The notes beneath the pieces were generated by a model. That model had not been told where the DNA came from, searched no databases, and worked only from the letters and a program-made list of their open reading frames with translations. The position numbers were made by a program, and so were the translations under genes. Positions 42,701 to 51,700 of a stretch of DNA of 64,000 nt are shown here, piece after piece (positions within the stretch are counted from its first letter, which is position 1; each line of letters begins with the position of its first letter). This DNA is from the human T2T-CHM13v2.0 reference genome, Homo sapiens. Where the stretch lies: the NCBI RefSeq assembly GCF_009914755.1, contig NC_060935.1. One strand, written 5' to 3'.

Positions 42701-45700
42701 CTGACTCTGGGATCTGGCTTGGATCCGGTAGTGAGGGGCTGACGGTGGGCTCCTGGGGAAGTCTCTGCCCCTAGACCCTGCTGAGGCTTCCAAGAGGCCT
42801 TCTCAGGCCTCGCCTCCACCCCCTGCCCGCTTAGCAGGGCCTCAGTTTCCCTGTGTGCTGGGGACCCGGGCCGGGGCTTGCTGAAGTGGCCGGTGCAGCT
42901 GGGACGCTTCCCGGCGGGGGCGCCTTCGGTGAACTGTGCCAGTGTTGTGGGGGTCCATGCGTAGGGATGGGGCCCAGCTTGGGGAGCCTGGCGTAAACTC
43001 TCCCAACCCCAACCCACAAACAAAGCAGATGGGGTCACGGTGAGCCAGCCGGGGTAGGGCCTCCTGGAGATGGTGATCTTTGACATACACCTTTGGGGGA
43101 AAGAGCATTCCAGACAGGAAGGCGCAGATGAAAGCCTGGCGGTGGGGTTGGGGGAGAAGGTGGGGCAGAATGCCCCCTCTGGAGGAGGGAGGTTAGTGCC
43201 ATGCCCAGACCAGGAGAGACCCCAGCTGGCTGCCTCTGAGCCTTTTCCAGGGAGCCAGGTGTCCTGAGGGGGCAGAACAATGATACTGGCTGGGGACTCC
43301 TGGGCCACTCCACCTGCCAAAGCCCCTGTGTTCTCTTCCTGTACCGGGACGCCTGGACCCACACAGGCCAAGGGTCTGGGGCTTGTCCCAACCCACATAC
43401 CTCACAGCTTCCACACCCTCAAGAGACCCCCGATACTGCTGAATCCCTAAAAAGCCCCACCCCAGCTATCAGCAGACAGGGCAGGATCCACAGCTGGCCC
43501 AGTGACACAGAACAAAACCAGCCCCCTCTGCAGGCTCCTCTGTGGTTTTCTGAGCAGCGCAGGGGTCTAAGCCCAACCAGGAGGGGGCGGAGGCATAGGG
43601 ACCCCTCTTCCAAGGACCCCTTGAGGCTAAGCCAGCTCCGCCCCAGGGCACCTGTACACTTGCTACCTCTGAGGCTAGGGCCAGGACCAGAGGAGCCCAA
43701 CAGCTGCCCAGGGAGAGGGCGAGTGAGCAGACTGTTCTGTCGGGGGACCTGGGGCCCAAGTCAGGGGAGCCCTGGGGGACCCTTCCCAGATCTGCCTGTG
43801 GACATCTCTACTGCCTCCCCACAAGCCTGGGCAGGCCAGCTCTGCACCCCAGCCCTCTCCACTTCCTGGACCTCCCTAAGCTGAGGACCTAGACATCCCC
43901 ACTGCAGCCCCAGGGGGTTCCACGCCCTGGGATCTGAGCATCTGTAGGGATGCTTCTCTTCACCCCAATTCTGCCCCTCCTGGTCCTCCTACCCAAGGAC
44001 ACTCAATCCAGGGCCACCCTCTGCTCCAGGGCCATGCCTGGGCGTCAGCATCCATGCCTGTTCCTCAGTCCAGACTTTGAGAGCTCAAATCCTTCAGGAG
44101 AGACTACAGTCCCTGGCACTAACCCTGAGTTCTCAGTTCTGGTAAGGGAGGCAGACGTGGAACACTCCAGCACACAGAGAAAGTGCTGAGGGCACAGGGC
44201 AGTCCTGGGGTCTTCCTGGAGGCAGAGCCACTCAACAAGAATGGCCAGATGGAGGTGCATGTGGGTGCCTACACACGCCAGCTGGCCCACCCGGCTTTCC
44301 TCCCTCACACCTGCTGGAGGTTGGGAAGAGCCTGCTGGAAGGCTCAGCCTGGGCTGCCCCACCAGAGGTGGGGTGTAGAAGAAGTTGCCTTGCTGGGGGG
44401 AGGGGCATCTGGTGGCAGAGGAAGCAGATGAGAAGGAGAGGCTTTAGTGAGAGACACCACAGCCTGCCTGCCCTGCTCTGGCCATGTGGGTCCCTGGCCC
44501 AGCTGAACCCAGCAGCAGGCAGAATGGCCTTGGAGAGAGCCTGGGCCCGAGACAGGCCTCATGTGCCACCTGCAGATGGTGAGAAGCTGACCAGTGAGAC
44601 CGACGGCCGGGGGGTCCACGCTGCGCCATCCACACAGAGGGCTGAGGACTCCAGTGAGAGCCGTGAAGAGGAGCAAGCGGTGAGCAGAGCCCTGGGGAGA
44701 ACACGTGTGCACGGAGACGAGACCCCGAAGCCACTTGTGTGTTGGTGTCTTGAGAACCTGTCCATTCTGGAGGACGCAGCAGGGGGCATGAGACACAGGA
44801 CATGTGGGGCACGGCACAGCTTGTCTGTGTGAGCTCCAGCACCAGCCATCCTGTCTGGAGCTCTGTGTCTGGGGGCTGCAGCAGGTGCATGAATGTGCCG
44901 GCCGGTCAGTGTGTGGGGTGGCCAAGCATCTGCTTGGGCTAGAGTGACCAGGGTGTCTGAGTGTATGTGCCAGGTGCCACAGGTCAGGGTTTGCATGGCT
45001 GGGGCTCACGGGCATTTAGGGCTGTGTGGATACATGTTGGAAGGGGTCTTTGTGAAGGTTTGTCTTGGTGTGTGTGACCTCCTCCCTGCCCTTCCAACCC
45101 TGACCCTGTTGCCTTTTCTCTCCTGCAGCCCGAAGGTCGGGACCTAGACATGCTGTTTCCTGGGGGGGCTGGGAGGCTGCCACTGAACTTCACCCATCAG
45201 ACACCCCCATGGCGGGAGGAGGTGAGCTGGCTCGGCCTGTAATGGGCTGGGAGGCAGGGCGGGGGCTGGGGCGGGGGGGCGGCGGGCCGTGCAGAAGGTA
45301 AGGCCCCCCCATCCCCAGTACAAGGGGCAGGTGAACCTGCACGTGTTTGAGGACTGGTGTGGGGGCGCCGTGGGCCACCTGAGGAGGAACCTGCACTTCC
45401 CGCTGTTCCCTCATGTGAGTGCCGGGGTTGGGGGGTGCCGGGTGGGCAGGGCACGCAGGGGGCTTCGACAGCAACAGTCACTGCCCCCCCAGACGCGCAC
45501 CACCGTGAAGAAGTTGGCCGTGTCCCCCAAGTGGAAGAACTATGGACTCCGTATTTTTGGTTTCATCCACCCGGCGAGGGACGGTACGGGGGTGAGGGTG
45601 CCCCGGGGGAGGGGTGCCGTGAGGCTCCACCCCCCTGAGCCTAGTCTTGTGGACTAGGAGACGTCCAGTTTTCTGTGGCCTCAGACGACAACTCGGAGTT

Positions 45701-48700
45701 CTGGCTGAGTCTGGACGAGAGCCCTGCTGCTGCCCAGCTTGTGGCCTTTGTGGGCAAGGTACCCCCACCCCAGCCCTGGTGTCGTCCCGGGCCTCCTGCA
45801 GCTCAGTCACCTGTGCCCACCAGCCTCTTGGGAATGAGGACCCGATGGGTTTGGTGTCCCCAGGGAGAGAGTGAACCCCCCCCCCCACCACCACCCCTGC
45901 TCTATCACCCCCCAGACTGGCTCCGAGTGGACAGCGCCTGGAGAATTCACCAAGTTCAGCTCCCAGGTGTCCAAGCCCAGGCGGTGAGTGACTGTGGGGT
46001 GCATGTGCGTGCACTTGTGTATTCGTGGGAGGGGGTTACGCGCTGTCTCCTTATCCTGTGCACACTTGCGCACACTCTGCACGAGCACCCGCCCGGCCAA
46101 GCTGCCATCCTCCTGAGGGCCAGCCCTGAGGGGTGTGGGAGCCACCTGCCCCCTTCCCTGCCTCCACTATTTGAGCGTCCTGTGCATGGCACGACCCTTG
46201 CTCCTCGTGTCCCCAGGCTCATGGCCTCCCGGAGGTACTACTTTGAGTTGCTGCACAAGCAGGACGACCGCGGCTCGGACCACGTGGAAGTGGGCGTGAG
46301 TGCCTTCCTCCCCTGGGGGCTTCTGGAGACTCCACTCCCCCCACCTCCCTGCAGGACAACCGCAATGGGGTCCCCGTCCCAAAGTTGACAAAGCAGATGG
46401 TCAGGGCCATGGGCCTGAGGTCAGGAGGGTCTGCTCTGCCCTCCTGGGGGGCTCGGTGAGGCTTCACTAGGAGTCACCTTTGAGTAGAGTCTTGAGAGGA
46501 TGGAGACCTTCAGTAGGGAGATGTGGGGGGCAGAGAATTTGGGGTGGGGTGTACGGCGGATGAATTCCACACCACAAGAACAGCGAAGGAACAGACCCAG
46601 CAGAGGAACCGGGTCTTCGAGACTAGGAGGGGTCTGGTGGCCAGATCAGGCGGGGCCTGAGCAGCACTCTGGACAGATAGGCCTTTGTCCTGAGAATGAG
46701 GCCATTGGATTTGCATTCCAGGAAAAAACCCCTGGCCACAAAGCGGAGAGAGCCTGGGGGAAGGATTTTTACTGTGGCCTTTGGTCCTCAAACCCAGGGA
46801 GGTGGCTGTGGGGATGGACGGGGGAAGGCGGAAGGGGTTATACAGCAAGGCAGAGGGCCTGCAGCCTGGTGGGTGTGGGGGGCAGCACGATGGTGCCTGT
46901 GTCTGGTGTGTGGAGGGCACGTTTCACCCCAGCTCAGCTGGGCAGAGGGCCCAGACTGGAGACAGGGGTTTGGGGTGGTCTGTGGAGGCCCCAGGATGAG
47001 GTGGGAACAGAAGGGCCTGAGACAGCCCCTGGAGCCCCAACTTGGTGGGGGTAGAGTGGGGGGGGCATCCAGCCTGGCCCTTAGGGGGCCAGCAGTGACC
47101 CTCACTGGGTGGGGTTGGAAATCTTAACCTGAGGCGGGGCGGGGGGGCCTCAGGGAGGGAGGGAGGGGGAAGGGAGGGAGGGGGAAGGGAGGGAGGAGGA
47201 AGGGAGGGAGGAGGAAGGGAGGGAGGAGGAAGGGAGGGAGGAGGAAGGGAGGGAGGAGGAAGGGAGGGAGGTGGAAGGGAGGGAGGAGGAAGGGAGGGAG
47301 GAGGAAGGGAGGGAGGGAGGAGGAAGGGAGGGAGGAGGAAGGGAGGGAGGAGGAAGGGAGGGAGGGAGGAGGAAGGGAGGGAGGAGGAAGGGAGGGAGGA
47401 GGAAGGGAGGGAGGAGGAAGGGAGGGAGGAGGAAGGGAGGGAGGTGGAAGGGAGGGAGGAGGAAGGGAGGGAGGAGGAAGGGAGGGAGGAGGAAGGGAGG
47501 GAGGAGGAAGGGAGGGAGGAGGAAGGGAGGGAGGAGGAAAGGTGAGGAAGGGAGCATGGTGGGGTCTGGCCCTGCTCCCAGGGTCCCTCAGCTTTCTGGG
47601 CTTCCTTCCCCAGCTTCCCTGCTGCCCCTTCTTGGAACGCCCCGGACCCCTCTGCCATCTCCTCTCCTGCATCCTTTAAGGGATTGGTCCTATTAGTCCC
47701 CCGGCCCTGAGCCAGGGTAGACCCTTTCTTCCCTGGACCCAGCCACCGCCCTGTCCCTGACCCCCACCCTCTCTGCCCCGCAGTGGCGAGCTTTCCTGCC
47801 CGGCCTGAAGTTCGAGGTCATCAGCTCTGCTCACATCTCCCTGTACACAGGTGCGAGCGGACGCCTCTGGGGATGTGGGGCTCCTCGGGATGGGCTCTGG
47901 GTGTGAGTGGGAAGAGTGGAGGAGGGGGTCTGAGCACTCCCTGGAACTCTTCTGCCCCCAGATGAGTCAGCCTTGAAGATGGACCACGTGGCGCACGTCC
48001 CCCAGTCTCCAGCCAGCCACGTGGGGGGGCGTCCGCCGCAGGAGGAGACCAGCGCAGACATGCTGCGGCCAGATCCCAGGGATACCTTTTTCCTCAGTGA
48101 GAGGGGGCCCGCGCGGGGGCGAGGGCAGGGGTGCCTGCCCCAGCCACCCTGTGACCGCACCTCCTGCAGCTCCACGCATGGAATCTTCGAGCCTGGAGAA
48201 CGTGCTGGAGCCCTGCGCCTACGCCCCCACCTACGTGGTCAAGGACTTCCCGATCGCCAGATACCAGGGCCTGCAATTTGTGAGTGCGGCTGGAGACCCC
48301 GTCTCCCGTCCGGGACTCCGCGGAGCCTTCTCCAGCCCCTTGGGAGGCCGCCCCGGGAGGTCCGCGCCCTGAGCCCTGCGCCCCCCCACCCCCCAGGTGT
48401 ACCTGTCCTTCGTTTATCCCAACGACTACACTCGCCTCACCCACATGGAGACGGACAACAAGTGCTTCTACCGCGAGTCTCCGCTGTATCTGGAGAGGTG
48501 GGCGCGCGGCCGGGCTAATGCGGGGCGGGGTGGGCGGGGCGGGACTCGGCTCTGATGCCCCGCCGCGCCCCAGGTTTGGGTTCTATAAATACATGAAGAT
48601 GGACAAGGAGGAGGGGGATGAGGATGAAGAAGACGAGGTGCAGCGCCGAGCCTTCCTCTTCCTCAACCCGGACGGTGAGTGTCCGCAGCGCCCCTGGCCC

Positions 48701-51700
48701 GCACCCACCTGCGCAGGGAGCTTCTAACCCGCGTTTCCCGCAGACTTCCTGGACGACGAGGACGAGGGGGAGCTGCTCGACAGCCTGGAGCCCACCGAGG
48801 CGGCCCCGCCCAGGAGCGGCCCCCAGTCCCCCGCCCCAGCAGCCCCCGCCCAGCCCGGAGCCACCCTCGCCCCGCCGACCCCTCCCCGCCCCCGGGACGG
48901 GGGGACCCCCAGGCACTCCCGGGCCCTGAGCTGGGCCGCCAGGGCCGCCCGCCCTTTGCCGCTCTTCTTGGGCCGAGCTCCGCCCCCGCGCCCTGCAGTG
49001 GAGCAGCCGCCCCCAAAGGTGTACGTGACCAGGGTGCGGCCGGGACAGCGGGCATCCCCCCGGGCCCCAGCGCCGCGTGCGCCCTGGCCGCCCTTCCCTG
49101 GCGTCTTCCTGCACCCCAGGCCTCTGCCCAGAGTGCAGCTGCGGGCGCCCCCACGCCCACCCCGGCCCCACGGCCGCAGGACCGGCGGCCCCCAGGCCAC
49201 ACAGCCGAGGCCCCCAGCCCGGGCGCAGGCCACCCAAGGGGGCCGGGAGGGCCAGGCGCGCACGCTGGGACCTGCGGCGCCCACAGTGGACTCAAACTTG
49301 TCCTCCGAAGCGCGGCCCGTGACCTCCTTCCTGAGCTTGTCCCAGGTGTCCGGGCCGCAGCTGCCCGGGGAGGGCGAAGAGGAGGAGGAAGGGGAGGACG
49401 ATGGGGCCCCGGGCGACGAGGCCGCGTCGGAGGACAGCGAGGAGGCCGCGGGCCCGGCGCTCGGACGCTGGCGTGAGGACGCCATCGACTGGCAGCGCAC
49501 GTTCAGCGTGGGCGCCGTGGACTTCGAGCTGCTGCGCTCGGACTGGAACGACCTGCGATGCAACGTTTCGGGGAACCTGCAGCTGCCGGAGGCGGAGGCC
49601 GTGGACGTGACCGCTCAGTACATGGAGCGGCTGAACGCGCGCCACGGCGGGTATGGGGGCGGCCGAACGCGCGCCAGGGCGGTTTTGGAGGCGGGGACAG
49701 CCGGGGAGAGGAGGTCCTGGCCTTGGCGGACTCCTCAGACCTTCCCCAGGGCCCAGTGGTGTACCGGCCTGGGGGCTGAGGCACCGCGCCCCACCCCAGG
49801 GAAGCCCCAGCTTCTCTCCTTCCTTCCTGGCGTCCTGACTGCCCGGGCACTTGTCCAGCCTCAGGGACCTCCCTGGAGCCCCACCCAGGGCTGGCGCCCC
49901 ATCCTTGCACCTGTGTACCCCACTTCTGTCATCCTGGACCTGGGCCCAGGGATGAGTCCAAGCTGCAGAGATCAGCGTCAGTCGCATCCAGTTGCTGCGC
50001 AGACAGCCCCATTCCGGGGGGGCCAGGCAGAGACCCTTAGGGCAAAGCTCAAGACCCCTGGGCCCCTCCTCCTCTCCCCTCGCAGTGCCCCTGGGCGTTC
50101 CCAGACTGTCAGGACCCGACTGCAGAGGAAGGTGCAGGGCTTCTGCCCCATTGGCCCCTCTGGTCTCCCTGAGGCCCCAGGAATCTAGTGCTGTCTGCCC
50201 TCCCTGCAGGCTGGTGGGCAGGAGTGGGGAGTCTAATTTGGCCTTGGGGAGGCCTGTGGAGTTCTAAGAAGAGGCAGTGTCTGCTGTGCCCAGCCTTGAA
50301 GGCGAGTTAGGAGTTGCACAGTGATGACAGGCAGAGGCAGGGGCAGAGGATGGAGGCAGAACCGGGACTGTTTCTCCTGTGCGTGATGGAAGGTTGCGAG
50401 CAGAGCAAAGCCAGGGGCAGAGGATGGAGACAGGGCCAGGACTGTTTCTCATGTGTGTGATGGAAGGTTGCGAGCAGAGCAAAGGCAGGGGCAGAGGATG
50501 GAGGCACAGCTGCATGTGACTGTTTCTTGTGTGCATGATGGAAGGTTGCGAGCAGAGCAGGAATTCCACCGGTTTGGGTGCAGACAGGTATGCCTCTGCC
50601 TGGAGGGGAAGGGAAGGTGGTGGTGGTGACTGACAGCCTGGAGCCCTGGGCGGTGGGTGCTGGATTCTAGGTGGCTCAGAGGGCACGCCTGCCCCGGCTC
50701 TAAGCTTCCTGAGAGCAGCTCGTCATTTCTTGGGGGCCTCATGGGAAGATCATGGTTGTGGCCCCACCAATGCCCACCTGGGTATGGCTCAAGGAGCAAC
50801 AGTGTAGAGAGACCAAGAGCATTTGGGGCAGGAGGTCCCTGACACTCAGGGCTTTGGGGTGGGGAAGGACAGGAGTTGGAGGGAGGCCTTGGACCCTCAG
50901 CTGTCACACAGGTGGGCGTCCCCCAGTGAAAGGCACAGACTGCCAAGGGAGGACGTGAGGCCGACTGAAGAGAAACCATCGTCTAGGGCAGGGTCCTGTT
51001 TTCTCCAGATGAGGAGAGCAGAGTGGAGGGAAACTGAGGTTCTTGGCCGAGTGGAATGAGGAGGAAGGGGCCAGGAACGGGCTCCCAGCATGGAAGCAGC
51101 CTCCTCCACTCAGGGATCAGGACAGGAGCGGAACTGCTGCCTGGGGGAAAGGGGTGCTGTGAAGGCACGATTGGGGGCTTCTCAGAAGAGGTGACCCAGG
51201 GCCTGGAAGAGGAGTGGCTGGGAGGACTGGGGCAAACATCCCAGGCAGGGGACTCCTCAGGACAAAGGAGAGGAGACAGTGGCTGTGCCTGAGGAGGAGT
51301 CTGCTACCCCAGTATGAGGGGAAGGTTGAAAGCCACAAAATCAAAACTGCTTAAGGTCCTAGAATGCCACAAAAGCCCCTTGGAACCTTGTCCTATGGGC
51401 GGTGGCTAACTCCTGAAGGTTTCTGAGCAAGGGGGTAACAGGACAGGCGGGCATGTCATAAACGTCACCTGGGACGTGAGTGGTGGCCAGGAGGCCCGCG
51501 AGGAGGTGAGGATGGGCCTGGGCTCGCTGGTGTGCCCCCAGTCCTGCCCCGACCCTGGAGGGGGTGGCTGGAAGGTGGACCTGCCTGCTGGGCCAACCTG
51601 GAGGGGCAGGTGCTGTGCCGCGGAGCCCGCAGCCTCCGCCAACTCCAAGTCGGCTGAGTTTCTGTGGCCAGGGCGGACCAGGGTTGCGGGCGGGGTGCAG

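Noticed and set aside
41767-43398. 543-aa antisense ORF over B4GALNT4 exon 1, including a poly-Q stretch
   Set aside because: Non-ATG start and a GC-rich shadow frame; the poly-Q is simply the antisense of (CTG)8.
45655-45660. TAGGAG NAGNAG acceptor at exon 6
   Set aside because: GAG is a very poor acceptor; there is no evidence of use from sequence alone.
49651-50188. Exon 14 frame stays open about 180 codons into intron 14
   Set aside because: A good donor (GG|GTATGG) and phase-compatible exon 15 explain the gene; the extension has no recognisable features and is plausible by chance in GC-rich DNA.
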